A DNA stretch of 64,000 nucleotides from Candidatus Latescibacterota bacterium (GTDB lineage Bacteria; Latescibacterota; UBA2968; GCA-2709665). Positions 50,720 to 61,852 of this stretch are shown here, piece by piece; within the stretch, counting starts at the first letter, position 1; the number at the start of each line of letters is the position of its first letter. A program made the translations under genes and the position numbers. Below the pieces are notes generated by a model. That model was not told the DNA's origin. It searched no databases and saw nothing but the letters and a program-made list of their open reading frames with translations. The stretch is taken from positions 3,008,001 to 3,072,000 of the forward strand of contig CBDDDZ010000005.1 of assembly GCA_965226795.1 (NCBI GenBank). The letters are read 5' to 3'.

Positions 50720-51631
50720 TTACCTGCCGGCGACACCCATTTCCCTGCCAATCCGATCCAGGTTATCGGAAAAAGATCGAAGTACCGGATTGAACAGCCT
50801 TCGTGCGCGATCCAGTTTCAGGCCCGCCCCGGAGGGCCTGGGAGCGATTTGACCCAATTCTTCGGAAGTTACCGGCACAACCAGATCGGCGTCGAGATCG
50901 AAACAGCGGCAGATCCGCTCAACCATTTCATACCTGCTAAGAAATTCAGGCCCCGCAAAGTGGACCACGCCCCGAAAATCGGGGCGGCACAGACCAAGGA
51001 GAAACACGGCGAGTTCATCCACACCGGTGGGATTTGCCCATTCGTCGGTAACGACCCGGATGGTTTCGCCCCGCAGCAGCGATTCCAGAGCCCACGTCAC
51101 GAAATTAGGCCGGCAACCCGCACGATACCCGTACAGTACTGCCGTCCGGACCACGAGTCCCTGACACGGTGACGCCAACACGACCGCCTCTGCTTCCAAC
51201 TTGGTCCGTCCGTACACGTTCACCGGATTGGTGGGGTCGGTCTCGGCGTAAGGGCCAGCCAGACCGTCGAACACGTAGTTCGTCGAAACGGTCACCAATC
51301 CGCTGCCTGCGTTTTCACACGCCCGAATCAGGTTCAGGGTTCCGCATACGTTGACGCGGTGCGCCAGGTCCGGATCACGTTCACACCGGTCCACACCGGC
51401 CTCTGCGGCCGCGTTAATAACCCAGTCGGGCCGCACCCGTGCGACCACCTCGTCAACCGCGTCCGCATCCGTGACGTCCACCCTCAGACAGTCCGACCCC
51501 GAAAACGGCGGCCGCGGCCTGCGTGCGGCGGGAACCCGGCGTACGCCCTCAAACGGCACGTCACAAAGCGCCCGCCCCAGGAATCCTGAAGCCCCGACAA
51601 TCAATACGGTCTTTAATAACCCATCACCCAT
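50720..51631 (-). CDS. rmlD: dTDP-4-dehydrorhamnose reductase-like SDR
   Basis: GASGFLG, STNYVFDG, PVNVYGRTK. Confidence 0.8.
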   Translation of the reverse strand: MGDGLLKTVLIVGASGFLGRALCDVPFEGVRRVPAARRPRPPFSGSDCLRVDVTDADAVDEVVARVRPDWVINAAAEAGVDRCERDPDLAHRVNVCGTLNLIRACENAGSGLVTVSTNYVFDGLAGPYAETDPTNPVNVYGRTKLEAEAVVLASPCQGLVVRTAVLYGYRAGCRPNFVTWALESLLRGETIRVVTDEWANPTGVDELAVFLLGLCRPDFRGVVHFAGPEFLSRYEMVERICRCFDLDADLVVPVTSEELGQIAPRPSGAGLKLDRARRLFNPVLRSFSDNLDRIGREMGVAGR

Positions 51632-51674
51632 TGACACCACCCGGATACGTTACCGACGCAGGGTACGTTTCTCC

Positions 51675-53255
51675 TTATCGCGAAACGGACGGCGCAGCGC
51701 GCGGCGTCGCAAGGCGCAGGTACATTGCCATTCCTCTGTATAGCGCGCCTGCGCCGGCAGCGCGATCGAGATGGGTATTCGCCAGCGCCGCAAGTATGCG
51801 ACCGGCCCCTTCCTGATAGGGCGAGTGCCCGGTGTGCGCGTACAATCTCGAAAGCACCTGAACGGCCACCCCGTTACCCGATGGAACCAGACGGTCCACC
51901 GCGTGGGTAACGGCAGCGCCCTGCTCCGGCCAACGGTCGCGCAACGCGCCCGAGTCATCTCGAAATCGCTCCAGCATCACATCGGTGAGTTCGGAGGCAA
52001 ACCGGAGAAAACCGGCGCCGCCACCCGCGCCGAAGAGATCCAGCGCGGCGCGCGCAACCAGGGCCTGGTCGGCAAGCAGATAAAGCGGATTGCCCGGCGG
52101 TTTCCACACATGCCGCATGCCACCGTCCGGATGGGAAAGTCGCGTGCGGAGGGACGCCATGACGCGACGCGCCAGATCCAGGTAGGCGGCTTTACCGGAT
52201 GCCTGATAAAGCGCGACAAACCCGGTAACGGCCAGGGCGTTCCACGAGGTGTAAACAGCCGGGTCCCTGGCGGGCCCGCGACCCGCCTCCAGCAGGACCG
52301 CGTTGCCGGATTGCTCCGAAAACCCCGCGAGGCCGGCAACAAACATGTCCTTTTTTGTCTCGTAAAGCCCGGCCAGCAGCGCCTCGCCCAAATTGACCGC
52401 CGCCGCGGTGTCCACCCGTGCCACAACATTCAGCCAGCCCGCATTTGCAGCCAGCGTCTTCTCTCTGTCGAGCACGACTCCGTCCGGCGTGAGCCGGCGC
52501 TGGAAGAAAGTCCCGTCGGAATCGCGCAGCGGGCTTGAGAGGATGGTCTTCAGCCGCTCCAGCACGATGGTCCGCGCCGTGGAATCATCGCCATCGAGGA
52601 GTGCAAGAAAAGCCTCCGCGCCCGGAACCTCTCCTCGTTCCAGCGCAGCCTCGGTGCTGTCCGTAAACTGCTGAATCAGGCTCGAGGACGGTGCCGCACG
52701 CGGGAGACGCGGCGCTTCTCTTTCCACCCACCGCGCCAGGTTTGCCCGCGCACGTTCAAAGTCCGCCCATCGCTTCGGGTTATTGAAATAAACCCGCACC
52801 CGGCGCAACAGTTCCCGCAAATCTTCCGGGTCCAGATAGGTGGACCCGGTCATCCAGTTATCGTTGGGGGTCAGGAACGCCGTTGAAGGCCAGCCGCCGA
52901 GGCCGAATCGTTCCGCCAGGTCGGGGCGCCGGTCCACGTCGACCCGTACCGGCCACGTGCCCTGCCCGATCGCCCGCGCCAGCTCCGGGTCTTCGAAACA
53001 GCGTCTGACCATTTCCCGGCACCAGTAGGACCGGCTGGAATAAAGATAAAGAAACAGCGGCCGCTTGAGAACACGCGCGGAATCCCGCGCCGACCACATC
53101 CGCCAGTTCACCCGTCCGGGCGGCGGAGCGGACAGGTCGGGACTCTCAGATGTTTGCGGAACCCGTTCGCATGCGGCGAACCCGGAACACAGAGTCGCGC
53201 ACAGGCACGCCAGTCGCAGCCGCCGGAACGCGACTTTTCTGATCTTGCATTCCAT
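51675..53255 (-). CDS. DUF255/YyaL-like thioredoxin-domain lipoprotein
   Basis: WCREM, VRVDVDRRPDL, GGWPSTAFLTP, PSGNGVA; start uncertain. Confidence 0.75.
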   Translation of the reverse strand: MECKIRKVAFRRLRLACLCATLCSGFAACERVPQTSESPDLSAPPPGRVNWRMWSARDSARVLKRPLFLYLYSSRSYWCREMVRRCFEDPELARAIGQGTWPVRVDVDRRPDLAERFGLGGWPSTAFLTPNDNWMTGSTYLDPEDLRELLRRVRVYFNNPKRWADFERARANLARWVEREAPRLPRAAPSSSLIQQFTDSTEAALERGEVPGAEAFLALLDGDDSTARTIVLERLKTILSSPLRDSDGTFFQRRLTPDGVVLDREKTLAANAGWLNVVARVDTAAAVNLGEALLAGLYETKKDMFVAGLAGFSEQSGNAVLLEAGRGPARDPAVYTSWNALAVTGFVALYQASGKAAYLDLARRVMASLRTRLSHPDGGMRHVWKPPGNPLYLLADQALVARAALDLFGAGGGAGFLRFASELTDVMLERFRDDSGALRDRWPEQGAAVTHAVDRLVPSGNGVAVQVLSRLYAHTGHSPYQEGAGRILAALANTHLDRAAGAGALYRGMAMYLRLATPRAAPSVSR

Positions 53256-53568
53256 GTCCTCTGAGCGTAGACCTCCCGCCCCGATCGACGGCCGACGATC
53301 CGTGAGTCGAGAATTGTGATCCAATGGGAAAGGCCGTCTGTCTTCCCTGAACCGAAACCCCTGCCGGGAGATATTTGACGGCCGAACGGAAAAGTCTGGA
53401 ACCACAATCCGTCAGATGCGTTTATATCTTGAAATCGATGAAAAGACTTGACATTTCAGTGGCGATTATCGTAACTTTTTTTCTCGGCGAGATCTCGGGG
53501 TCGTCCGATCCCGGGATGCCGGAGGGAATGGCTTTAGAGTCCCAGAAGGGACGGACGCCTTCGAATCC

Positions 53569-53826
53569 TCATCGGGTCTTCGCAAGCGGTATCGCCTCTT
53601 CGACAAGCATAATGGGGATGTTGTCTTCAATCGGATACAGGTAGGCGCCATCCTCGCGAACGAGGCCCCCGCCAACGGGGTTCTCTACGGGGGTTCCCCC
53701 CCGGTTGCACACCTCGCCCTTTTCGATTCGTTCGTTGAGTCTTTCAATCAATTCCCGGCCTGCCAGACTGACGGATGTTTTGTTTTCAGGGCAGGCCAGA
53801 ATATCGAGCAGTTCCTTGTCGATCAC
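53569..53826 (-). CDS. Trm112/YcaR-like protein
   Basis: IDKELLDILACP...YPIEDNIPIMLVEEA. Confidence 0.85.
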   Translation of the reverse strand: MIDKELLDILACPENKTSVSLAGRELIERLNERIEKGEVCNRGGTPVENPVGGGLVREDGAYLYPIEDNIPIMLVEEAIPLAKTR

Positions 53827-54241
53827 CGCCTGGCCCCTTTCAGGTACAGAAGCTTGAATCACGGATTTCGTCCTTTACAGCACTCAGGTCAAGAGAAAAT
53901 ATACAACAAGCGGTTGTCGAACAAGCTTTTTCCGGCAGGAGCGCCTATTCTGAAAATTCGCTGACGTGTTTTGCCCGCTGTTCCGCAATTTCGTTCCACA
54001 TATTGAAACGGTTGACCGCTGGCAAACCCCGATTCCCCGGGTGTGCGCCCCGTTGTGGACGTGTTGTCAAAACCTTTGGCGAGTGGAGTGCCCGTGCCGT
54101 TACAGAGATTACCCGGGTCGCCGGACATGAAAAGGGGCGCACACCGTTCAACCCCTCTCCGCACCCGGTTTTTTGTGCCCTGTCGCATGGAGATTTTACG
54201 TCGGGTCCAATCGCACAATTAACCTCAAGGAGCCGAACCCT

Positions 54242-55288
54242 ATGAAAAGCAACCCGTTGTGCGTTTGCCTGACCGGCATCTTCCTCTCCGTTGCGTTCGC
54301 ATATCCGGGCCCGTCGTGGGCGACGCCGGAGAGCCAGGCCGCCGCGCCCTTTCTTCTGTTTCAGCCCAGCGCGCGCTCCGCCGGAATGGGTGAAGCCTAT
54401 ATTGCGATTGCCGACGGCGCAAACGCCACCTATTACAATCCGGCCGCCCTGGCGGACGACACGAACAGACACATGAGCACCACGATGTATAAGCCCGTTC
54501 CCTCTCTGGCCAGCGACATTTTCACCTCGTTCGGCGCCTACACGCAGCCGGTCGAAGGCGTGGGCAACCTGGGCTTCAGCCTGATCTACACCTCCCTCGG
54601 AACCCAGCACCGCACCGACTCCCAGGGGCAGGATCTGGGCGAATTTACAAGCTTTGGCCTGGCCGTGGGGGTTTCTTATGGCACCTTTGTCGTGAAAGAC
54701 GTCTCTGTGGGCGCTACCATGAAGTTCATTCACGAGAAACTTGCCAGTCAGGGCGCCGGTATCGAAAAAGGCAAAGGTGCAGGCACATCTTTCGCCGGCG
54801 ACCTGGGATTTATGTGGAAAACCTCCGATCGGTTCACCCTGGCCTGGGCGCTGCGAAACGTGGGGCCGAACATTACGTTTATCGATGCGGATCAGGCCGA
54901 CCCGCTGCCGCAGAACTTCACCATCGGCATCGCGTATACGGCGCTCCAGCGGGGGAACTCAACACTGCTCTTCGCCGCGGACATCTATAAGCCCCTGGCC
55001 GACACAGGCTTTTTTTCCTTTATCACGGGTTGGAACGACCGAAACGGCAGCGAGGAACTCAAGGATATCGACTACCATACCGGCATCGAATGGAAATACA
55101 ACCTCTCCGAAGAATCCGCCTTCGCCCTGCGTACGGGATATTTCCACGATCAGGATGGCGAAAGGAAAAGCCCCACCTTCGGTATGGGCCTCAAATACAA
55201 CTGGGCGTCGTTCGATCTCTCCTACTTCGCCAAGCGCGACTCCACCCTCTCAAACGTCTTTCGCTTCACCGGCGGATTCTCTTTCTAG
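54242..55288 (+). CDS. PorV/PorQ-family outer-membrane protein (type IX secretion)
   Basis: AAPFLLFQPSARSAGMGEA, YYNPAAL, QADPLPQN; terminal Phe; AAGGAG RBS. Confidence 0.8.
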   Translation: MKSNPLCVCLTGIFLSVAFAYPGPSWATPESQAAAPFLLFQPSARSAGMGEAYIAIADGANATYYNPAALADDTNRHMSTTMYKPVPSLASDIFTSFGAYTQPVEGVGNLGFSLIYTSLGTQHRTDSQGQDLGEFTSFGLAVGVSYGTFVVKDVSVGATMKFIHEKLASQGAGIEKGKGAGTSFAGDLGFMWKTSDRFTLAWALRNVGPNITFIDADQADPLPQNFTIGIAYTALQRGNSTLLFAADIYKPLADTGFFSFITGWNDRNGSEELKDIDYHTGIEWKYNLSEESAFALRTGYFHDQDGERKSPTFGMGLKYNWASFDLSYFAKRDSTLSNVFRFTGGFSF

Positions 55289-55353
55289 TAACGATAGAAC
55301 GGCAATTCCTTCCTCCGTTTTTCGTTTGACTACTCAAAGGGTCGAAAACCATC

Positions 55354-58300
55354 GTGTGGTTGCGGCGGGTTGAACCCATTCGCAGTCTGCAAATAGCGCA
55401 GAAGCAGACGACATCCACGTTCCTTCTCGCCATTTGCTTTTTTTATTTCGTTCTTCCTCCGCCCGGCGTTCAGGGCGCCGAGGAAACCAGGCGCATCCTG
55501 GCTGTCCGGGTTTCATTTTCCGTGGAAGATCCCGATGACAGGACCACCAGCGGAAACGGCGCCTTCGATCTCCGGACGTTCGATACAGTCCGCGATGACT
55601 ATATCTTCCCCTTCGACGCCCCCCCGCACGACAGATCCTATTTTGAAGCGCACCTTCAGGCCCTGCGCAACTATTATCTGGAAATTTCCGACCGGCAACT
55701 TGAAATCGAATTCGCCGTGTTTCCGGAGGACCCGGACGGAAGCTACGTCATAAACCGGCCCCTGAAGGAATACGGCAACGGGCGCACCCGGAACGAGACC
55801 GCGCAGCGCATCACGCAGCTTTTTCACGATGGGATCGCGGCTGCCGACACCGCCGAAGGAGAAAATCTGGATTTTTCCGCCTTCCAGGCTTTCGTCGTCT
55901 TTCACGCCGGGCTGGGCGCGGAAGCGGGCGGGCAGGCCAACAACGATGTTCCGTCCGCCTTTGTCTCCCGTAAAGATCTCGACCTGTTTGTGAACGGGCC
56001 AATTGTGGTGGACGACGGTGCGGCGGTCGTCCGTAACGGCATGTTACTTCCCGAAGCCGTCAGTACGGACGGAAGGGGCGGTCTGAACGGCACGCTCGTT
56101 CGTTTTTTTGCGCATCAACTCGGCCTGCCCGGGCTTTCCAATTTTGAAGATGAACTCCCCGCCGTGGGAAACTGGAGCCCGCTGGATACGGGGGGCCCCG
56201 GCGCCCTGGCCTCCGCCGCACGCCTGAACCTTCAGCCGCTGACCGGCGAACCAGGGGACAGCCTGCTCATCGGCTTTGTTCCGAGCCGCCTCCTCGCGTG
56301 GTCACGTATCCGCCTCGGATGGCTGGAGCCTGCGGTCGTCACGCGGAACGACACGGTGCGGCTGGTTGCGCCGCACGTTGTGGGTTCCGGCCTGCACCAG
56401 GCTTTGAAGGTTTCAGTCAGCGCCACCGAGTACTTTCTCCTGGAAAACCGCATCTCCCGGCTGGGAGTACACGGGCGTAGGCCGAAAATCGAATTTTCAG
56501 CCGGAGGACGCGTCTGGCTCTCCGTGGACGACTACGACGCCTTCATTCCGGGTTCCGGCATTCTGATATGGCACGTCGACGACACCGTGATCCAGGCCAG
56601 CGGCGAAGGCGTTGCCGTCAACAGCAATCCGCAGTATCTCATCGCCCCCGGGCAATATCGGCGCGGCATCTCGCTGGAGGAGGCGGATGGCCTGGAAGAT
56701 ATCGGCAACAACGCCGCGGATCGTATCGTGCAGGCCGGCATCATCAGCCTGGATACAATAGAAGGCGGTGCCCGGGATCCGTTCTACGCAGGCAACGCCA
56801 CCCGCTTCGGGCCGGATACCGTGCCCGGCACGAACAGCAACCTGAACTATCCTACCGGTATCACGATACAGGTCCTCAGCCCCCCCGCCGATACCATGGA
56901 CGTGGCCATCACGTTTGACTACCAGCAGGACGCATGGCCGGCAACCGGGTTGGCGAACGTCGGTTCGCAGGCCCCCCGGGCAATCGACCTGGACGGCGAC
57001 GGGGTTAAGGAGATCCTGCGCAGCGGCGGCGATGTCGGTTCCGGCACGGTCCAGACACCGCCCGGAGGCCCGAATGCCCTGCCGCTGTTTCTATCCGGAG
57101 ATCCTGCCATACCGGCGCCGCACGCCGCGTTTCCGTTCTTCACCTCCTTTACACCCGCAGTGGGCGATGTCGACGGGGATGGCGAAGCCGATTTCATCTA
57201 CTCGACGGGACCCACGCCGGTCCTCTGGAGCCGCAACAACGCCGCCGCCCCGTCGCCGGTCTCCGCGCCCGGACCGTCGCCCGAGGTCTCTTGCCCACCG
57301 CTCATCGCACCGTTTCCGGACGCGCCCGTGGATATCTGGGGCTGGACAAACGGCGGCGTCACCTGGGGAAATCTGGAGGGAGCGAAACCTGGCCTCGCGC
57401 AACTGGGAGGCGGCCACGTCGCCAGCCTGGCGGCGGGAAACGTGGACGACGATCCGGAAAACGAGCTTGTCGCGCTGACCGGGCGAGGCGGGCTCTTCGT
57501 TGTTGAGGCGGATGGACGGGTATTTCAGCTCGCGACCCTTAGCGAGCAGGTTGTTGGTGGCCCCGTACTGGGCGATCTGGATCGGGACGGCCGGGATGAG
57601 ATCGTGACGCTGGGCGCCGACGGTGCGGTATCCATTTTTTCCGGCGGGAGAATGACGGCGCAAAGCGTGCCGGTACCCGGGGGCGCGGGATCGGCGCCGG
57701 TGCTGGGCGACCTGGATGAAGACGGTTACATCGAGGTGCTCTTCGGCGGCGAGGGTCGCCTGTGGGTCGTACGCTTCAACGGGGTGCACCAGACCGATAC
57801 GCCGCTCGCGTTTCCGCTCAAGGACGAAACCGGTCTGATTTCCGCGCCACCAGTGCTTGCAGACATCAACCTGGACGGCGACCTGGACATCTTCGCGGCC
57901 ACGACGGGCGGGCTGGTGTACGGTCTTGACGCCGACGGCTCCAGCCTTCCGTCCTTTCCCCTGCCCGTTTCAGGCCCGGTTCATGCCTCGCCTCTTGTTG
58001 ACGACCTGGACGGCGACGGCACCCTCGAACTGGTCGTCTTTACGGCAGACGGCGGGGCATATCTCTGGCACCTGGAAACCTTCGACACCCACTTTACGGG
58101 CAATCATCTGGTCTGGAGCCAGGCCGGAGGCGGACCGGGCAACGCGAATCGCCTTCTCACGCTGCCCGGCGATCCGCCTTCGGAAACCACATCTCTGCTC
58201 CTGCCTCCGGACCAGATCTACTGCTACCCCAACCCCATACGAGGGACTTCGGCCACGATTCGGTTTTTCCTCGGCAGCAGCGCCCGTATCCAGGTGGCCG

Positions 58301-58482
58301 TGCTCAACGCGCTGGGAGAAATTGTGGACCGGATGACCATGGAAAATCCCACGCCCCGTACGGACAACGAACTCCGCTGGAACACCGGCGACTATGCCAG
58401 CGGATTTTACGTATGCCGCGTGGAAGCCATCTCGGAAGAACGATCGGAAGTCCGCTTCGTCAAAACCGCGATCATTAAATGA
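55354..58482 (+). CDS. M6-peptidase-like plus FG-GAP repeat protein with T9SS-type C-terminal domain
   Basis: VFHAG, EYFLLENR, GILIWHVD, DLDGDG repeats, YCYPNP...ASGFYV; start uncertain. Confidence 0.75.
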   Translation: MWLRRVEPIRSLQIAQKQTTSTFLLAICFFYFVLPPPGVQGAEETRRILAVRVSFSVEDPDDRTTSGNGAFDLRTFDTVRDDYIFPFDAPPHDRSYFEAHLQALRNYYLEISDRQLEIEFAVFPEDPDGSYVINRPLKEYGNGRTRNETAQRITQLFHDGIAAADTAEGENLDFSAFQAFVVFHAGLGAEAGGQANNDVPSAFVSRKDLDLFVNGPIVVDDGAAVVRNGMLLPEAVSTDGRGGLNGTLVRFFAHQLGLPGLSNFEDELPAVGNWSPLDTGGPGALASAARLNLQPLTGEPGDSLLIGFVPSRLLAWSRIRLGWLEPAVVTRNDTVRLVAPHVVGSGLHQALKVSVSATEYFLLENRISRLGVHGRRPKIEFSAGGRVWLSVDDYDAFIPGSGILIWHVDDTVIQASGEGVAVNSNPQYLIAPGQYRRGISLEEADGLEDIGNNAADRIVQAGIISLDTIEGGARDPFYAGNATRFGPDTVPGTNSNLNYPTGITIQVLSPPADTMDVAITFDYQQDAWPATGLANVGSQAPRAIDLDGDGVKEILRSGGDVGSGTVQTPPGGPNALPLFLSGDPAIPAPHAAFPFFTSFTPAVGDVDGDGEADFIYSTGPTPVLWSRNNAAAPSPVSAPGPSPEVSCPPLIAPFPDAPVDIWGWTNGGVTWGNLEGAKPGLAQLGGGHVASLAAGNVDDDPENELVALTGRGGLFVVEADGRVFQLATLSEQVVGGPVLGDLDRDGRDEIVTLGADGAVSIFSGGRMTAQSVPVPGGAGSAPVLGDLDEDGYIEVLFGGEGRLWVVRFNGVHQTDTPLAFPLKDETGLISAPPVLADINLDGDLDIFAATTGGLVYGLDADGSSLPSFPLPVSGPVHASPLVDDLDGDGTLELVVFTADGGAYLWHLETFDTHFTGNHLVWSQAGGGPGNANRLLTLPGDPPSETTSLLLPPDQIYCYPNPIRGTSATIRFFLGSSARIQVAVLNALGEIVDRMTMENPTPRTDNELRWNTGDYASGFYVCRVEAISEERSEVRFVKTAIIK

Positions 58483-58489
58483 ACGTCTG

Positions 58490-61400
58490 ATGGATACGAT
58501 GGATATACAATACAGACGGCAGGCGTGCAATAACGGCCAAACGCTTTATTCATCACGCGTGATCTTCCGTCTTTGCCTTGCTCTGCTGTTGCCGGCGTCG
58601 CTGCCGGCCGCCGCCCAGTTCGACGCCAACCATCCCGAACTGCGCTGGGAGGTCCTGGAGACCGAGCACTTCAGAATATACTACCATCAGGGCCTCGCCG
58701 GCTTTGCCCGTCGCGCCGCGACGGCCGCCGAAACCGTGTACGGCCCCGTTACGGAGTTCTACGGTTTCACACCGGACGAAAAAATAAGGCTGATTGTCAA
58801 GGACACCGACGACTACGCCAATGGCGCGGCCTTCTATTACCACAACACCATGGAAATCTGGGCATCCAATCTGGATTTCGAACTGCGCGGCGACACCGAC
58901 TGGCTCCGGAATGTGATCGCGCACGAATTCACCCACATTGTCGCCCTGCAGACGGCCCGCAAGGGTCCGCGACGCCTGCCTGCCATTTACTTCCACTATC
59001 TGGGCTACCAGAACGAAAAGCGGCGGGACGATATTCTCACGGGTTATCCGGACGTCTTTACGTCCTACGCCATTCCCCTAACCATCGTACCGCCATGGTT
59101 CGCCGAGGGCACCGCCCAATTCATGGCGCCAGGCGTCCAATTCGACCGTTGGGACTCCCACCGGGACATGATTCTGCGCATGGCCACATTGAACAACCGA
59201 CTGCTCACCTACGATGGAATGGGGGTGTTCGGCTCCAAGACCGGTCTGGGACTCGAAAAAGTGTACGACCATGGCTACGCCCTGACCCTGTTTATCGTCA
59301 ACACCTTCGGTGAAGACAAATTGCCGAGGATCTATCGCAATATGACCAAACTCTGGCGGACCGACTTCGAATCCGCCGTCCGTGGCGCGATCGGCATTTC
59401 CGGGCGCGAACTCCACCGGCGCTGGCTTGCCGCCCTGGAAGAGCGGTACGAAGTCCAGAAGGCCGAAATTGAGGGACGTGTTGTTGACGGTGAGATTCTT
59501 CACGACAAGGGGTACTTCAACCTCCACCCCCGCTGGTCGCCGGATGGGAATCGACTGGCTTATCTGTCCAATCAGGGCAACGACTTCGGCCGTACCGCCC
59601 TGGTTGTGCATACTCTGTCCGACAGTACGTCCGAGACGCTCGCCGGCGGCGCCGACACGGCACCGGACTGGTCACCGAACGGCCCGGGCCTGATATTTGC
59701 GCGCCGCAGTCCGCCCGACAGATACGGCTCCCGGTTCCGGGATCTCTACACGGTCGACCCGACCGCGCCGCGGGGCAGGGGCCTGTTTCAGAAGACCAGG
59801 GCGACACTTGGACTGTCTCTCGCATTGCCACCCAACCAGAATCGCCTGACCCGCGGCCTCCGGGCCAGCCATCCGTCGTATTCGCCTGACGGAAAACAGA
59901 TTGCTTTCGTGGTTAACGGCCAAGGCTCGACCAACCTGGCTGTGATGGACGTCGACAGTGGAAAGATCCGCCGGCTCACTTCGTTCGACGACGGCTCACA
60001 GATTTACACGCCGCGCTGGTCGCCCGACGGTTCGCAGATTGCCTGTTCGGTCTTCGGTCCGAACGATACCCGCAATATCGCCGTCATCCCCGCGAATGGC
60101 GGACCTTTGAGCACCGTCATCGGCTCCGCGGGCACCGACCGCGATCCCGCCTGGACTCCCGATGGGACGGGTCTGGTTTTTTCCTCGGATCAGGACGGCA
60201 TCTTCAATCTCTACCACCTGAACCTGATCGACGGATCCGTGCACCGCGTCACCCGGGTACTGGGCGGCGCTCTGCAACCGCACGTCAATCCGAAAGACCA
60301 TCGGATTGCCTTCGCCCATTACGGTACGACCGGATATGAAATCCGGATCCTATCCGGCAAAGGCGCTTGGGAGCCCGTTATTTCCGAAATCTTCCAGCCG
60401 CGGGACGGGCCCGCCGCCGTGGCGGGTGATGAAGCCAGTCCGGAAGGCCGATCCTACGGCAACGAATTCTCCACGTGCTCGATCTATCCCCGCATTGCCG
60501 TGGACGCGGGAAAGGTGAAACTGGGTATCTTCGCCGGATCCAACGACATTCTCAACAAACAGTCCCTCCTGGTGGGGGCCATGGCCGCCCGTGACAGGGA
60601 CCTGGATCTCTTCGCCGTCTACGAATATCGCCGGTGGCGTCCCACGGTCTTTATGGAAGCCTATCGAGCCGTCCGCCACGAAGAAGAAGACGTACTCAAC
60701 CGCGACGAAAACTTCCGCATCTTCAGTCAGACATTCACGCTTTCCGGCGTGGAACTTGGGGCCTGGCGCAGGCTCGGCACCGGCAGCCGGCTGGACGCCC
60801 GATTCATCTACAACCTGTCGTCAACCGGCCAGGACGTGGCCCGTTTCAACGGCATGGACCAAGTAAGCGTGGGCGCTACCACCCTTCATGGCTTCAATTT
60901 TGCATTCACGTATTCCCTGCGCAACATCCGCCGCACCAGAGACCGGGAAATCAACCCGCGAGCCGGCCGGGAGATGAGGTTCCGCTACGACCGTCAGTTT
61001 AATTTCTTCATCAGCGGGTTTAAAGAAAACACGTCCCTTCTGATCGAAACGTTCGACCGCTACTTCTTCAACCGGTTTACACTGAGTTGGAACGAATACC
61101 TGCCGGTGGGTCCCGGACGGGGCACCCTGGGTCTGCGATTCTACGGCGGGCTGATCGACAGAGAAGTGGATGACTACTTCGATTATTTCCTTGGCGGCTT
61201 GCCTTATATGAAGGGTTATACGTTCTATAGCCTGGAGGGGCGCAGGGTCGCCATGTTTCGCGCCGCGTACCGCTTCCCGATCCGGACCGGGATGGATCGG
61301 CAGACCGGCCCCATCTACTCCGACCAGCTCTTCGGGTCCATCTTCGCCGGCATCGGCCGCGCGTGGGACGGAAACGATATGGATAACGTGCTCAACCGCG

Positions 61401-61600
61401 GCTGGAAGAGAGATCTCGGTGTCCAGATCCGTTATGACGCCACTTCCTTTTACACGTTTCCGACCCGCGCCAGCCTCGACGTCGCGTACGGCATGGATAC
61501 GTTACCGCGTGTTGTCCCCGGCGAGGAGTTGGAAAGAAGCGGTTTCAAAATCTACTTCACCCTGCTCTTCGGATACCTCCAGAGCGTGGGAGGAAGGTAG
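58490..61600 (+). CDS. Zinc-peptidase-like / PD40 (TolB-like) / beta-barrel multidomain outer-membrane protein
   Basis: AHEFTH, WFAEGTA, repeated PxWSPDG, barrel-like C-terminus; start uncertain. Confidence 0.75.
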   Translation: MDTMDIQYRRQACNNGQTLYSSRVIFRLCLALLLPASLPAAAQFDANHPELRWEVLETEHFRIYYHQGLAGFARRAATAAETVYGPVTEFYGFTPDEKIRLIVKDTDDYANGAAFYYHNTMEIWASNLDFELRGDTDWLRNVIAHEFTHIVALQTARKGPRRLPAIYFHYLGYQNEKRRDDILTGYPDVFTSYAIPLTIVPPWFAEGTAQFMAPGVQFDRWDSHRDMILRMATLNNRLLTYDGMGVFGSKTGLGLEKVYDHGYALTLFIVNTFGEDKLPRIYRNMTKLWRTDFESAVRGAIGISGRELHRRWLAALEERYEVQKAEIEGRVVDGEILHDKGYFNLHPRWSPDGNRLAYLSNQGNDFGRTALVVHTLSDSTSETLAGGADTAPDWSPNGPGLIFARRSPPDRYGSRFRDLYTVDPTAPRGRGLFQKTRATLGLSLALPPNQNRLTRGLRASHPSYSPDGKQIAFVVNGQGSTNLAVMDVDSGKIRRLTSFDDGSQIYTPRWSPDGSQIACSVFGPNDTRNIAVIPANGGPLSTVIGSAGTDRDPAWTPDGTGLVFSSDQDGIFNLYHLNLIDGSVHRVTRVLGGALQPHVNPKDHRIAFAHYGTTGYEIRILSGKGAWEPVISEIFQPRDGPAAVAGDEASPEGRSYGNEFSTCSIYPRIAVDAGKVKLGIFAGSNDILNKQSLLVGAMAARDRDLDLFAVYEYRRWRPTVFMEAYRAVRHEEEDVLNRDENFRIFSQTFTLSGVELGAWRRLGTGSRLDARFIYNLSSTGQDVARFNGMDQVSVGATTLHGFNFAFTYSLRNIRRTRDREINPRAGREMRFRYDRQFNFFISGFKENTSLLIETFDRYFFNRFTLSWNEYLPVGPGRGTLGLRFYGGLIDREVDDYFDYFLGGLPYMKGYTFYSLEGRRVAMFRAAYRFPIRTGMDRQTGPIYSDQLFGSIFAGIGRAWDGNDMDNVLNRGWKRDLGVQIRYDATSFYTFPTRASLDVAYGMDTLPRVVPGEELERSGFKIYFTLLFGYLQSVGGR

Positions 61601-61604
61601 ACCG

Positions 61605-61790
61605 GTGAGGGTAGACGTAAGAAGTGAGACGTAAGAGGTCCACCCCGGTACAACGGCGAGACGCAAGACGTAAAAGGCAAGAGGTCCACCCAACACCCCG
61701 TCGTTTTTCGCCTTGTCTCACGTCTGACCGCTTGCCTCGTCCGACTTTTAGCGCTATGCTTCTTCTAACGTCTCCCGTCTCACATCTTGC
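61605..61790. repeat. Low-complexity GAGACGT/ACGTCTC intergenic repeat, inverted arrangement
   Basis: Several (G)AGACGTAA(G) units followed by complementary units. Confidence 0.45.
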
Positions 61791-61852
61791 CCTGGCTTGG
61801 GTTGGATGGGCGGTGTGATCGCTGGCAGCTTATTCTCAGACAGGAGTTTGTC

